Below, piece after piece: positions 30,895 through 41,499 of a stretch of 64,000 nucleotides of DNA (positions within the stretch are counted from its first letter, which is position 1; each line of letters opens with the position of its first letter). The position numbers and the translations under genes are program-made. The stretch is taken from positions 31,088 to 95,087 of the forward strand of contig JBEKIG010000016.1 in NCBI GenBank assembly GCA_050011875.1, written 5' to 3'. Below the pieces are notes generated by a model. That model was given only the letters and a program-made list of their open reading frames with translations, was not told where the DNA came from and did no database searches. Origin of the DNA: Nitrososphaeria archaeon (GTDB lineage: Archaea; Thermoproteota; Nitrososphaeria; JACIWG01).

Positions 30895-32556
30895 ATGGCA
30901 TCTGAAAATTTTACCAGCATGAAAAAATTTGCTGACATATGTGAGAGAGTTAAGGGAACTACGAGTAAAAATATGAAGATTGAAATTCTGTCAGAATATT
31001 TGAGGAACTTGGACGATGTTTCCCTTAGGATAGCATGCGGTTTCCTTTCAGGAGAAATCTTTCCACCTTGGCAAAATATCGAACTCCAAATAGGATACTC
31101 CACTCTTGTTGAGATAATAATGGAACTAAGTGGTAAAGACAGAAGAACGTTAGGAAATATCTTCATAAAATATGGCGATCTCGGTGAGACAGCTGAAGAA
31201 ATTCTGTCAAAAAAAACTGTAACCCCCCTTTTTAATGAAGAGTATACATTGATCAATGTGCACGATCAGCTAAAAAGAGTAGCTCAGAACACGGGGAAAG
31301 GATCTTTGTCAGAAAAGAAGAAAATTCTTACTCGCCTTTTTTTGAACATGTCTACAGTTGAGGCAAAATACTTCATAAAAATTCTTATAGGTGAGACAAG
31401 AATTGGGCTTATTGGAGGCTTAGTCGTCGAAGGAATTACAATCGCTTTTAGAAGAAAACCGGAAGACGTAAACGAGGCTTATCTGCTGACGTGCGACATA
31501 GGCGAAACGGCTGTTCTGGCAAAATATGATCGTCTAAAAGATGCAAGACTTGAGCCATTGCATCAAACAAACTTTATGCTTGCTGAAGCCATACAAACAC
31601 CAGAAGAAGTCGTAGAGTACTTTGGAAAGCCTATCGTCTGCGAATACAAACTTGATGGCGTCAGAGCTCAATGTCATAAGAAATTGGAAGCGGTAAAAAT
31701 ATTCACGCGCAGAGGCAATGAATCTGGAGATTCTTTCCCAGAAATAGTTGAAGCACTTAGCGAGATAGACCACGATTTTATTATTGATGGCGAAATAGTG
31801 GCTTTTAAGGAAGGAAAGATACTGCCTTTTTCACTCTTACAGCATCGTTTACAGAGAAAGATACTGAGCAGAAAGTTAGTTGATGAAGTGCCTCTTATTA
31901 TCTTTGTCTACGATATCTTATATTTAGATGGAGAGCCCCTTTATAAGAGGAGCCTTATAGAAAGGAAAGAAGGCCTAAACCGACTTCATTTTTCTGAGAA
32001 AGTCAAGATGCTCGATTATATTTTTGTTTCAAAAAAAGAGGAAATTGAAGTGAAATTTGACGAAAGTGTAGAAAAAGGATATGAAGGTTTAATGTTGAAG
32101 GACCCTAATTCGATTTATACAGTAGGAAAAAGGGGAAAGAATTGGGTTAAGCTTAAAAGGGAGCTTGACACCTTAGATGTAGTAGTTGTAGCTTCTGAGA
32201 GAGGACATGGTAAGAGGTCAAATGTCTTCTCTGATTACATTTTCTCAGTTTGGGACAACGGTGAACTTAAGACTATAGGCAAAGCTTATTCAGGTTTGAC
32301 GGATAAAGAGATCTTGGATATGAATGGAAAGTTAAAGGAAATTACGGTCAGAGATGAAGGATGGAGGATAGTAGTTAAACCCGAAATCGTAATAGAAGTC
32401 GCCTTCAATGGAATTCAAAAAAGCAGCAGACACGAAAGTGGCTTTGCACTACGTTTTCCAAGAATAAAAAGAATAAGAGACGATAAAAGCTCGGAACAGG
32501 CGGATACAATTGATAAGGTTAAGGGGATATTCAAAAGACAATTTATTAAAAGATAG
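30895..32556 (+). CDS. lig: ATP-dependent DNA ligase
   Basis: 'EYKLDGVRAQ', 'DGEIV', 'EGLMLK', 'WVKLK', 'LRFPRI'. Confidence 0.95.
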   Translation: MASENFTSMKKFADICERVKGTTSKNMKIEILSEYLRNLDDVSLRIACGFLSGEIFPPWQNIELQIGYSTLVEIIMELSGKDRRTLGNIFIKYGDLGETAEEILSKKTVTPLFNEEYTLINVHDQLKRVAQNTGKGSLSEKKKILTRLFLNMSTVEAKYFIKILIGETRIGLIGGLVVEGITIAFRRKPEDVNEAYLLTCDIGETAVLAKYDRLKDARLEPLHQTNFMLAEAIQTPEEVVEYFGKPIVCEYKLDGVRAQCHKKLEAVKIFTRRGNESGDSFPEIVEALSEIDHDFIIDGEIVAFKEGKILPFSLLQHRLQRKILSRKLVDEVPLIIFVYDILYLDGEPLYKRSLIERKEGLNRLHFSEKVKMLDYIFVSKKEEIEVKFDESVEKGYEGLMLKDPNSIYTVGKRGKNWVKLKRELDTLDVVVVASERGHGKRSNVFSDYIFSVWDNGELKTIGKAYSGLTDKEILDMNGKLKEITVRDEGWRIVVKPEIVIEVAFNGIQKSSRHESGFALRFPRIKRIRDDKSSEQADTIDKVKGIFKRQFIKR

Positions 32557-32595
32557 TGGTAAGACATATTAGATATTTCTTTATACGACTAAGGT

Positions 32596-33225
32596 ATGGT
32601 GATTGTTTCAGCTCTTGTTGCAGCAAGTCTCCTTGCGGGCGCTGTCCAAGACATAAAGGAAAACCAGATCAGCGACCTCACTTGGATTCCTGCAATCATC
32701 GGCGCAATCGTTATGGTGTACCAATATATCATTCAGAGTAGCTATATCTTTTTGGCACTGAAGTTTGTTATGGTTGCTGTGATATTATTTGTCAGCTACT
32801 TTTTCGGGGGAGGAATGGCTGATATGATTGGACTGGCAGCAGTGGTTATTGATGATGACCCTTTTGCGCCGATCGGGACACTTGTTGTCTTCGTCGCGGT
32901 AACAGGCCTTTACGCCATCTACAGTATTTTAATAAAGAAACAAAGAAGGAGGATGATACCTTTGACGGATTTTTTGAAAAAAAAGAACGTCTATCCAGTA
33001 AAAGTCTATGTGGAAGGAAAGGAAGAGAAGCTACCAAAAACAGCGGACAAAGCATACGAAGCGCTTGAGGCAATACTTAAGGAGAATAAAGAAGCCGTTG
33101 TCGAAGCGGAAACTGGAATACCTGCAGTTGTTCCCATATGCATAGGGTACGTAGTGAATATGATGATTTTCTTTTATCTTGGAAGGTCTTGGTTCAGCAT
33201 TTTGTTTAAACCTTTAACAGGCTAA
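32596..33225 (+). CDS. A24-family (prepilin/prearchaellin-type) peptidase
   Basis: Asp in 'VQDIKE' and 'GGGMAD'; C-terminal 'GIPAVVPI'. Confidence 0.7.
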   Translation: MVIVSALVAASLLAGAVQDIKENQISDLTWIPAIIGAIVMVYQYIIQSSYIFLALKFVMVAVILFVSYFFGGGMADMIGLAAVVIDDDPFAPIGTLVVFVAVTGLYAIYSILIKKQRRRMIPLTDFLKKKNVYPVKVYVEGKEEKLPKTADKAYEALEAILKENKEAVVEAETGIPAVVPICIGYVVNMMIFFYLGRSWFSILFKPLTG

Positions 33226-33356
33226 TCGATATTTGAAAACACTAGTATTAATCGAATCTATTTCTATTTTCTTTTGTCTAAGAAATTATATTAAACGTCT
33301 AAGAAAGAAGAAAAGTAATATAAGACACCTGTTTTGCAGACCTTGGTGAGATAAAG

Positions 33357-33893
33357 TTGATAGAAATCAGATGGCATGGAAGAGGTGGTCAAGGTGCAGT
33401 AACCGCCTCCGAGATACTCGCAAACGCAGCACTAAGATGTGATAAATACGCGCAGTCTTTTCCAGCTTTTGGACCGGAAAGGAGAGGAGCACCTGTTATG
33501 GCTTTTACTAGAATAGATGATAATCTTATTGAGATAAGATGGCAAGTAACGGAACCAAATATCGTTGTTGTATTAGACACTTCACTGCTGTCTGTAGTGA
33601 ATGTTACTTCAGGACTTAAGAATGATGGGACAATCGTTCTAAATAGTTCAAAGGATAGCTCTGAACTCAAAAAGCTTTTTCCAGCCTACAAGATTGCTAA
33701 GGCAGACGCTACAACTATAGCATTGAAGAATTTGGGTGCACCAATCACGAACACGTCCATGTTGGGTGCTTTGTTGAAAGCGAACCCGATTGTCCCACTA
33801 GAAGTAGTTTCCAAGGTTGTTGAAGAAAGATTTGATCCGAGGAATGTAGTATCTTTAAAGGAAACATATGATAGCACAGAGGTGCTAAATTAG
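33357..33893 (+). CDS. porG: 2-oxoacid (pyruvate):ferredoxin oxidoreductase gamma subunit
   Basis: 'EIRWHGRGGQG' and 'FGPERRGAPV'. Confidence 0.93.
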   Translation: MIEIRWHGRGGQGAVTASEILANAALRCDKYAQSFPAFGPERRGAPVMAFTRIDDNLIEIRWQVTEPNIVVVLDTSLLSVVNVTSGLKNDGTIVLNSSKDSSELKKLFPAYKIAKADATTIALKNLGAPITNTSMLGALLKANPIVPLEVVSKVVEERFDPRNVVSLKETYDSTEVLN

Positions 33894-34169
33894 ATGTCGA
33901 AGAAAGCTTCTGAACTAGAAGAAGGATTTGTAATGAAGACACCAAAGAGCAGCATGAACACAAAAACAGGTACTTGGAGAGCTTTTAAGGCCGTCATCGA
34001 CTACAACAAGTGCATATCTTGCGGTATCTGCTGGAGCTACTGTCCAGAACCAGCAATCCCGCTCAAGGAAGGAAAATATACTATAGATTATGATTATTGT
34101 AAAGGATGCGGTATCTGTGCTCAGGAATGTCCTGTCAAAGCTATTACCATGGTAAGGGAGAGTGATTAA
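33894..34169 (+). CDS. porD: POR delta subunit, 2x[4Fe-4S]
   Basis: 'TGTWR', two CxxCxxCxxxCP motifs, 'DYDYCKGCG'. Confidence 0.93.
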   Translation: MSKKASELEEGFVMKTPKSSMNTKTGTWRAFKAVIDYNKCISCGICWSYCPEPAIPLKEGKYTIDYDYCKGCGICAQECPVKAITMVRESD

Positions 34170-35343
34170 GATGAAGAGATTACTTCTCTCAGGAAATACC
34201 GCGCTGTCTTATGCTGTCAAACAACTTGATGTAGACGTCGTATCCGCATATCCCATAACACCTCAGACAACGATGGTGGAAAAAATATCTGAATATGTAG
34301 CCAACGGGGAACTAAATGCAGAATTTATTCCCGTAGAATCGGAGCATTCCGCACTCACTGCAGCACTCGCAGCTTCAGCTTCGGGAGCGAGGGTATTCAC
34401 CTCGACAAGTTCCCAAGGTTTGCTCCTAATGCATGAAATAATGTTCATAACTTCGGGTCTTAGGCTTCCTGTTGTAATGGGAATTGCCGATAGGACCATT
34501 TCTGCTCCATTGAATATATGGAATGATCAAAGTGACATAATGGCGCAGAGGGACACTGGCTGGATAAGCATATTCGCTGAATCAGCCCAAGAATCTTATG
34601 ACAAAACCATACAGTCATACAGGATAGCTGAGGATGAGGATGTTCGCCTTCCTGTCAACCTTAACTTTGACGGATTCATACTTACACATACATATGAACC
34701 ACTGACAACAATAGATGATGAGGAAGTGCTAAAGTATGCACCTAAAAGGATAAAATCTGTTCTCGACCCCAAAACACCTGCGACAGTTGGGGGACTAGCA
34801 TCACCTGAATTTTACTTTGAAGCCAAATATGGGACTGTAAAAGCCTTAGAGAACTCTTTCCCTACCATAGTTACGGCTGATAAAGAATACGAAAAAGTGA
34901 GTGGTAGAGGATATGGAATATTCAACAACTTTATGACAGAAGATGCGGACACAATATTGATTTCGATGGGGTCTATAGGGGGTTCAATTAGAGAAATTGT
35001 TAGAAGAATGAGAAAGGAAGGTGCGAAAGTAGGATCGTTAAGTCTTAAACTCTTTAGACCTTTTCCTGCTAAAGAGATAATGCAAGAATTAGCTAATGCA
35101 AAATCAATAATCGTTTTAGATAAGGCAACAAGCCCCGGAGCAATCGCAGGACCCCTATTCCTCGAAATTCAAGCATCGCTGAAATCATATGATACAAATA
35201 TTCCTGCAATGGATATAGTAGCAGGACTGGGCGGAAGGGAAATAGGCCCAGAGGATATTCGTACAATGTTCGACAAAGGCCTCAAAATTGCTTCAACAAA
35301 GAAGGCTGATAATATCATGGAATATGTGGGGGTGTGCATCTAA
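34162..35343 (+). CDS. porA: POR alpha subunit
   Basis: 'YPITPQT', 'VESEHSA', 'SQGL'. Confidence 0.93.
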   Translation: MIKMKRLLLSGNTALSYAVKQLDVDVVSAYPITPQTTMVEKISEYVANGELNAEFIPVESEHSALTAALAASASGARVFTSTSSQGLLLMHEIMFITSGLRLPVVMGIADRTISAPLNIWNDQSDIMAQRDTGWISIFAESAQESYDKTIQSYRIAEDEDVRLPVNLNFDGFILTHTYEPLTTIDDEEVLKYAPKRIKSVLDPKTPATVGGLASPEFYFEAKYGTVKALENSFPTIVTADKEYEKVSGRGYGIFNNFMTEDADTILISMGSIGGSIREIVRRMRKEGAKVGSLSLKLFRPFPAKEIMQELANAKSIIVLDKATSPGAIAGPLFLEIQASLKSYDTNIPAMDIVAGLGGREIGPEDIRTMFDKGLKIASTKKADNIMEYVGVCI

Positions 35344-36264
35344 ATGCCATACAAGACAATTAAAGACCTACCGCTTGAAGAGCACTTCGGACCTGGACAC
35401 AGACTCTGTCAAGGATGTGGAGCAGGAATAATAGTGCGACTTGTAACAAAGGTATCCGGAGACAATACAATAATAGTTAACGCAACAGGATGCCTTGAAG
35501 TATCCAGCTCATATTATCCAGACACTGCCTGGGGTGTACCTTGGCTTCACGTTGCTTTTGAAAATGCTGCTGCCGCAGCCTCAGGTATTAGAGCAGCATA
35601 TAACGCGTTAATTAGAAAGGGACTGAAAGATAGTAGCCCAAATATCATAGCCTTCGGCGGAGACGGTGGGACAGCGGACATAGGTTTACAAGCGCTTAGC
35701 GGAGCGTTGGAAAGAGGAGACCATCTTACTTACATATGCTACGATAATGAAGCCTACATGAATACTGGGATACAAAGGAGCAGCGCTACACCATACGGTG
35801 CTTGGACAACGACTTCACCACCTGGAAAGTTAAGCCCAGGTCAGAAGACCGGCAAGAAAGACCTTATTGCCATCGCTGTAGCACATAACATAAAGTATGC
35901 CGCAACCGCGAACGTAGCCTATCTAATTGATGCCGCGAATAAAGTAGAAAAGGCGCTTAACGCGCCTGGAGCAAGCTTCATACACTTCCTGAGCCCTTGT
36001 ACGCCAGGGTGGAGAATAGATACTGCAAGCTCAGTGAAAGTCAGTAGGCTCGCAGTTCAGACATCTCTTTGGCCACTATACGAAGTTGTTGATGGGCAAT
36101 ATATTCCGACTGTAAAGGTTGCGAAAAGATTGCCAGTTACAGAATATCTGAAAGCGCAGGGAAGGTTCAGACACTTAATAAACAAACCTGATGAAGTAGC
36201 AAAGATTCAAGCAATAGCGGATAAGTTGGCAGAAAGATTCGGTTACGGACCCTTAGCACCCTAA
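35344..36264 (+). CDS. porB: POR beta subunit
   Basis: 'GHRLCQGCG', 'GGDG', 'DNEAYMNTG', 'PCTPGW'. Confidence 0.93.
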   Translation: MPYKTIKDLPLEEHFGPGHRLCQGCGAGIIVRLVTKVSGDNTIIVNATGCLEVSSSYYPDTAWGVPWLHVAFENAAAAASGIRAAYNALIRKGLKDSSPNIIAFGGDGGTADIGLQALSGALERGDHLTYICYDNEAYMNTGIQRSSATPYGAWTTTSPPGKLSPGQKTGKKDLIAIAVAHNIKYAATANVAYLIDAANKVEKALNAPGASFIHFLSPCTPGWRIDTASSVKVSRLAVQTSLWPLYEVVDGQYIPTVKVAKRLPVTEYLKAQGRFRHLINKPDEVAKIQAIADKLAERFGYGPLAP

Positions 36265-36274
36265 AGGGATCCAC

Positions 36275-36286
36275 CTTTCTTTTTTT
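36275..36286 (+). terminator. Archaeal T-tract terminator after porB
   Basis: CTTTCTTTTTTT just after the stop codon. Confidence 0.5.
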
Positions 36287-36368
36287 GTATAAGATCTATT
36301 TTGTTAAATAAGAATTCTATTTTACAAAAACTTTTATAACAGTGTTATATTATTTAATTGGATAATAC

Positions 36369-36557
36369 ATGGTAGATAACCCAGTTGTCGTAAATAAGGT
36401 TGACACCACAGAGCTAAACTTTTCGGAATCTGTTCGCATACTTAAGGAGTCTCAAAATGCAGGGTATAAAAGTGAATACTTAGAAGGACGTGTATTTGTA
36501 TATGCAATAACTTTAAATGATTTGATGTTAAACTCCAAATCGGCTTTGGTGATTTAG
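36369..36557 (+). CDS. Small hypothetical protein leading the iscSU operon
   Basis: TTTTATAA about 30 bp upstream; 10-bp gap to iscS. Confidence 0.55.
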   Translation: MVDNPVVVNKVDTTELNFSESVRILKESQNAGYKSEYLEGRVFVYAITLNDLMLNSKSALVI

Positions 36558-36567
36558 GCGATCGCAT

Positions 36568-37782
36568 ATGGAAAAGATATTTCTAGATTATGCATCGGGA
36601 TGTCCAGTAGATAAAAGGATCATTCCGTCCATTGTGAAATATTATACAGAGGATTATGGAAATCCTTCTTCATTACATTCGTTTGGATTAGAAGCAAAAA
36701 ATGCTGTTGAAGAGGCAAGACAGAGTGTCGCGAATCTAATTAATGCCCAAAAGAAAGAGGAAATCATTTTTACAAGCGGTGCTACAGAGTCAAACAATCT
36801 AGCCTTATTAGGATACTCTCTAAGAAACAGGGGGAGCAGAAATAAAATCATAGTTTCTAAAATTGAACATATGAGCATAATAAATGTCGTCAAATACCTT
36901 TCAAAGTTGGATATGGAAGTAGTTTATGCACCTGTGGACAAAGATGGTAGGTTGATCATTGAAAAACTCGATGAACTCATTGACAATAACACACTTCTCG
37001 TATCAGTGGCTTACGCCAACGGTGAAATAGGAACAATTCAAGACATTGTTGGGATTGCAAGAATCGCCCACAGCAAAGGAGCCATACTTCATTCAGATGG
37101 CGTTCCCGCAGTTGGTAGAATGGATGTAGATGTAATAAGAGATGATGTTGACATGCTTACCATTTCCTCGAATGATATATATGGACCAAGAGGAATGGGG
37201 GCATTATATGTAAAATCTGGAACTAAACTTCAACCAATTATCCTAGGAGGTGGACAGGAGAGAGGGCTTAGATCTGGTACAGAGAACGTACCATCAATAG
37301 TTGGGTTTGGAAAAGCCGCTAACTTTACCCTAAAAGAATGGAAAATGGAAAGCTCGCGTGAAAAGGTTATCCGAGACAGTTTGATAAATGGAATTCTTTC
37401 GAACATCGAACAATCCTATCTTAATGGACATAGAACTCTAAGACTTCCTAACAACGCATGCTTAAGATTCATAGGTATAGAAGGTGAATCGCTCATTCTT
37501 AACCTTGACGAATATGGTATAATGGCTTCAACAGGGTCAGCATGCTCTTCGAAGACACTTGAGCCTTCTCATGTCCTTATGGCAGTTGTCCCTAATGAAG
37601 TTGAAGCACATGGTTCACTCATGATGACTATAGGAAGAGAGAACAGTGAAAAAGATGTGGAAAAAGTAATCACAGCTTTAACTGAAATCGTCTCCAAACT
37701 GAGACAGATGTCGCCATTGTGGGGAAAGCCTTTAGAACTAGATAAGTGGAGGGCTAAAATGGAGCGCTCGGAGGGGGAATAA
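36568..37782 (+). CDS. iscS: IscS/NifS-family protein, PLP Lys-to-Asp variant
   Basis: 'GNPSSLH', 'FTSGATESNN', 'RSGTEN', 'GSACSS'; 'SSNDIYGP' in place of 'SAHKxYGP'. Confidence 0.92.
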   Translation: MEKIFLDYASGCPVDKRIIPSIVKYYTEDYGNPSSLHSFGLEAKNAVEEARQSVANLINAQKKEEIIFTSGATESNNLALLGYSLRNRGSRNKIIVSKIEHMSIINVVKYLSKLDMEVVYAPVDKDGRLIIEKLDELIDNNTLLVSVAYANGEIGTIQDIVGIARIAHSKGAILHSDGVPAVGRMDVDVIRDDVDMLTISSNDIYGPRGMGALYVKSGTKLQPIILGGGQERGLRSGTENVPSIVGFGKAANFTLKEWKMESSREKVIRDSLINGILSNIEQSYLNGHRTLRLPNNACLRFIGIEGESLILNLDEYGIMASTGSACSSKTLEPSHVLMAVVPNEVEAHGSLMMTIGRENSEKDVEKVITALTEIVSKLRQMSPLWGKPLELDKWRAKMERSEGE

Positions 37783-37783
37783 A

Positions 37784-38173
37784 ATGGGATATTCTGAAAA
37801 AGTCCTAGAACATTTTAGACATCCCAAAAATGTAGGCGAAATACCGGACGCAGATGGAGTAGGAACCGTTGGCAATCCGGTTTGCGGAGACTTGATGACC
37901 ATCTATATTAAGGTGAAAGACGACAAAATTGATGAAATAAAGTTCAAGACTTTTGGCTGCGGTGCAGCAATCGCGACTAGCAGCATGTTAACAGAACTTG
38001 CAAAAGGCAAAACTTTAGAGGAAGCTATGAAAATTTCAAGGGACGACGTCGCCATTGCTTTGGATGGTCTTCCTCCTATCAAGATGCACTGCTCAAATTT
38101 AGCGTCCGATGGCTTAAAATCTGCAATCAAAGACTATTACTCTAAGAAAGGGGATAAGACCCAAGAGAAATAA
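37784..38173 (+). CDS. iscU: Fe-S scaffold IscU/NifU-N
   Basis: 'GNPVCGD', 'FGCGAAIA', 'KMHCS'. Confidence 0.95.
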   Translation: MGYSEKVLEHFRHPKNVGEIPDADGVGTVGNPVCGDLMTIYIKVKDDKIDEIKFKTFGCGAAIATSSMLTELAKGKTLEEAMKISRDDVAIALDGLPPIKMHCSNLASDGLKSAIKDYYSKKGDKTQEK

Positions 38174-38255
38174 TAAATAAACACTACTCCTTCAGGGAAA
38201 AAAATCAGTAAATATTTTTAAAAATTTATCTAAGAACAGAAACATAGCGGAGGTA

Positions 38256-39584
38256 ATGAAAGTCAACGTGCTTATTCTACCCAACCAAGAAATACAAGAA
38301 AAGATACTATCAGGTAAATCTATGATATCAGTTCACGGCTTCGGACACGTTGGCTCGGCTATTACATCCGCATTTCTAAGAAAGGGATGCAGTATAGTAG
38401 TTCATGACGTTAAAAATGATGTTGTTGAAAAACTAAATTCGGGAAATTGGAAAACACCCGATGATATAAAAATTACCGAAACCATTCAAAAAGGGTTTGT
38501 TGACAAAAAAATTTTAGCTACAGAAGACTATGAAAATGCTGTTTCCAATTCGACCTTTCATATCATTACCGTTCCAGTTTCAGTTAACAGAAAAGGTAGA
38601 GAGGTTCAAGTTGATTTAAGTCAGATAATCGATGCATGCAAGAAAATAGGTAAGTTTATGGCAAAGGGAGATGCTATCTCAATAGAAACGACGCTTCCTC
38701 CGGGCACGACTGAAGGGATACTTAAGGAAGTGATTGATAAGGAAAGTGGTTTAAAAGCAGGATCCGAATTTGCATTAATATATAGTCCCGAGAGAATTTT
38801 TGTGGGTAGAGCTTTAGACGATATAGAGTCAAATTACCCAAAGATTGTGTCCGGCTTCGATCAAAGGAGCCTTGACATCGGCATAGCCTTGTACTCTATC
38901 GTATCTGGTAAAGGAGTCCTTGGACTATCATCAATTAAAGCCGCAGAAACAGAGAAAGTTTTCGAGGGCATCTACAGGGACGTAAATATCGCGTTAGCGA
39001 ATGAGCTTTCAGACTATTGTAGGCAGGAGGGATTAAACTATAGTGAAATATTGGATGCCGCAAACAGCCAACCATATAGCCACTTGCATAAACCGGGAGT
39101 AGGTGTAGGAGGCGCGTGTATACCTGTTTACCCTTACTTTATTCTTACAAAAGTCAAAAAGCAACTCAACTTGACCCACACTGCTAGGAAGGTTAATGAG
39201 AGAAGGCCCTTACAAATCGCTGAAAACGCGCTTAATAAATTTCTAGTAAAATACGGTTCCATCAAAGAATTAAATGCAACAATTCTAGGCCTCTCTTTTA
39301 GAGGAGACGTTTCTGATAATAGATTTTCTCCAACAATAAACTTAACAAAATACCTCCTTAGCAGAGGATGCAATGTTACAGTACACGATCCGTTTACTTA
39401 TGCAAATACGGGTCTACCTAAAAAGGTTCGATTTACTAATGATCTAAATGAATCAATAAAAAATTCGAACATCATCATATTGGCGACAGATCACAGTATA
39501 TATAAGAATCTTACAGTGGAGCTGATTATGAGGATCTCATCTGACAAAGTTGTAGTAGAAGATCCGAAGCAGATTCTAGGCTAG
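38256..39584 (+). CDS. Nucleotide-sugar dehydrogenase (WecC/TviB-like)
   Basis: 'GFGHVG', 'ETTLPPGTT', 'SPER', 'RDVNIALANE', 'GVGGACIP'. Confidence 0.9.
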   Translation: MKVNVLILPNQEIQEKILSGKSMISVHGFGHVGSAITSAFLRKGCSIVVHDVKNDVVEKLNSGNWKTPDDIKITETIQKGFVDKKILATEDYENAVSNSTFHIITVPVSVNRKGREVQVDLSQIIDACKKIGKFMAKGDAISIETTLPPGTTEGILKEVIDKESGLKAGSEFALIYSPERIFVGRALDDIESNYPKIVSGFDQRSLDIGIALYSIVSGKGVLGLSSIKAAETEKVFEGIYRDVNIALANELSDYCRQEGLNYSEILDAANSQPYSHLHKPGVGVGGACIPVYPYFILTKVKKQLNLTHTARKVNERRPLQIAENALNKFLVKYGSIKELNATILGLSFRGDVSDNRFSPTINLTKYLLSRGCNVTVHDPFTYANTGLPKKVRFTNDLNESIKNSNIIILATDHSIYKNLTVELIMRISSDKVVVEDPKQILG

Positions 39585-39642
39585 ATCTTTTTTTAAAAAG
39601 GGTCTAAGCCAAAGTTTAATAGCACATTTTATAAAACTCACA

Positions 39643-40467
39643 TTGATGAAAGGGAAGAAGAGTACCATCGTGGTTAAGGTCGGTACATCTGTCCTCTCCG
39701 ATGGCAAAGGAGTGAGCGAAGAATCGATAAAGAACATTGCATATCAGATTTCTGAATTAATCCAAGATGATAGAGCTTTTGTGCTTGTATCATCTGGTGC
39801 AATTCTTTCAGGTATAACCATTCTGAGGTTAAATGTTAATCCACACGATTTAAGTCTAACTGACAAGCAGGTTTGCGCATCTATAGGGCAACCTTTTCTT
39901 ATGAGCCTATATGCCAAATATTTTAGGGAAAAGGGGGTCACAACCGCGCAGATGCTTTTTACAGAAGAGGACCTTGCGAACAAGATAGCCTACAAGAACG
40001 TTTGGCGCACTTTACACGCGCTGTTAGAACGTGATGTTGTCCCAATAATTAATGAAAACGATGCTGTTTCAGTCAGAGAACTTCTTCCCATCAACCCATA
40101 TGTGCCAGACGAAGTCAGGTTCGGAGATAATGATAGACTTTCAGCCATCATAGCATCAAAACTCAAGAGCCAGTTACTTGTAATGTTAACAGACGTCGAA
40201 GGTTATTATGAAGTAACAGAGAATGGAACGAAAAAACTTCTAAGAGAAATAAATTTCTTGAACAGTGGAATCATGAAATTTGCACAGGGGAAGGGAAAAT
40301 TTGGAAGAGGAGGAATGAAGTCAAAACTTCATGCCGCAAGGATAGTATCCAGAACAGGAATTGAGGTCGTAATAGCTAACGGAAAAAAACAGAACATACT
40401 TCAGGAGATTTTGTCAGGAAAAAAAACAGGAACAAGAATTTTGCCAATATCGCGAAAGAAAAAATAG
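39643..40467 (+). CDS. proB: Glutamate 5-kinase
   Basis: 'VVKVGT', 'VSSGAI', 'PIINEND', 'FGDNDRL', 'GGMKSKL'. Confidence 0.93.
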   Translation: MMKGKKSTIVVKVGTSVLSDGKGVSEESIKNIAYQISELIQDDRAFVLVSSGAILSGITILRLNVNPHDLSLTDKQVCASIGQPFLMSLYAKYFREKGVTTAQMLFTEEDLANKIAYKNVWRTLHALLERDVVPIINENDAVSVRELLPINPYVPDEVRFGDNDRLSAIIASKLKSQLLVMLTDVEGYYEVTENGTKKLLREINFLNSGIMKFAQGKGKFGRGGMKSKLHAARIVSRTGIEVVIANGKKQNILQEILSGKKTGTRILPISRKKK

Positions 40468-40516
40468 AATCCGATCTTTAAAGCTGTATAATATTATTAA
40501 ACAAAAAAAGGGACGT

Positions 40517-41458
40517 TTACTTGCCTATCTTCTTAGGCAAGTATTTCTTAGGGAATGATGCCGCAACACACCATCCGTTACCGTCTTCAATGTTACTTAA
40601 AAGACTGCAGAGTTCCCAGATATCCCATCTTTTCATACCGTAGTCTTTTTCCATCCAGAGAGCAAGGTTTACAAACGCAAGCCTTATCGCGTCGTCGGAA
40701 CTTCTACCTGTTCCTGAGCAAGCGACGGACATTATATATTCGTCATTTTCAAGTCTTGGCCAATCTATGTCTTGACCTTTTATTAAGTCGGTTTTGAATG
40801 TAACTTCAGCCGGCATCTCTAACCCAGTTCCAGATATCTCACATTGGCCTTGCAGTCCATGAACATCACCCAAGTGAAGAAGGGCACCTTCAACTTTAAC
40901 CGGTAGGTAAATTTTACAACCTTTTGTAATCGAAGGCAGATCCATATTCCCCCCATGTGGGCCAGGAAGGAAACTTAAAATGGATTCTAATTCAGGAGCC
41001 GTGCCTATTGTTCCCACCATCGGTTTATAAGGTAATGTGAGACCATCGAAGTACACTTTCCCATCCTTTATAGGTAAGATCTTAAGATTTAGGTCATCAG
41101 GTAATTTGGGTTCAAGAAAGCTTGACATTATCCTATTTGTTTTCGAATGACCTAAATAAAGCCACCATCTTGAGACCATGATGTACCCCTGACCTATTGT
41201 TGGAACAATATCTCCAATGTCTACCACCAGCGTATCCCCTTTTTCGGCACCGTTAACATATACAGGTCCGAATACGGGGTTTCCATAAGGCATCTTCTTA
41301 TAGTCTCTCTTGTCACCTATTCTTCTGAACTGTCCTCCAGCAGCATCCTCAGTCTCTACCACTACAGTCTCCCCTGGATTTACTTTCAGTCGTGGCTTGT
41401 TGTATTGACCTATAGAAAAGCAAAATTCCCCCTGATCCTTAAGACTTAACTTTTTCAT
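40517..41458 (-). CDS. Acetamidase/formamidase family protein
   Basis: 'GPVYVNGAEKGD', 'GGNMD', 'GDVHGLQG..E...LE'. Confidence 0.9.
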   Translation of the reverse strand: MKKLSLKDQGEFCFSIGQYNKPRLKVNPGETVVVETEDAAGGQFRRIGDKRDYKKMPYGNPVFGPVYVNGAEKGDTLVVDIGDIVPTIGQGYIMVSRWWLYLGHSKTNRIMSSFLEPKLPDDLNLKILPIKDGKVYFDGLTLPYKPMVGTIGTAPELESILSFLPGPHGGNMDLPSITKGCKIYLPVKVEGALLHLGDVHGLQGQCEISGTGLEMPAEVTFKTDLIKGQDIDWPRLENDEYIMSVACSGTGRSSDDAIRLAFVNLALWMEKDYGMKRWDIWELCSLLSNIEDGNGWCVAASFPKKYLPKKIGK

Positions 41459-41499
41459 AATACGAACTAAAATCTACATAATTAATAAACTTATTAAAC

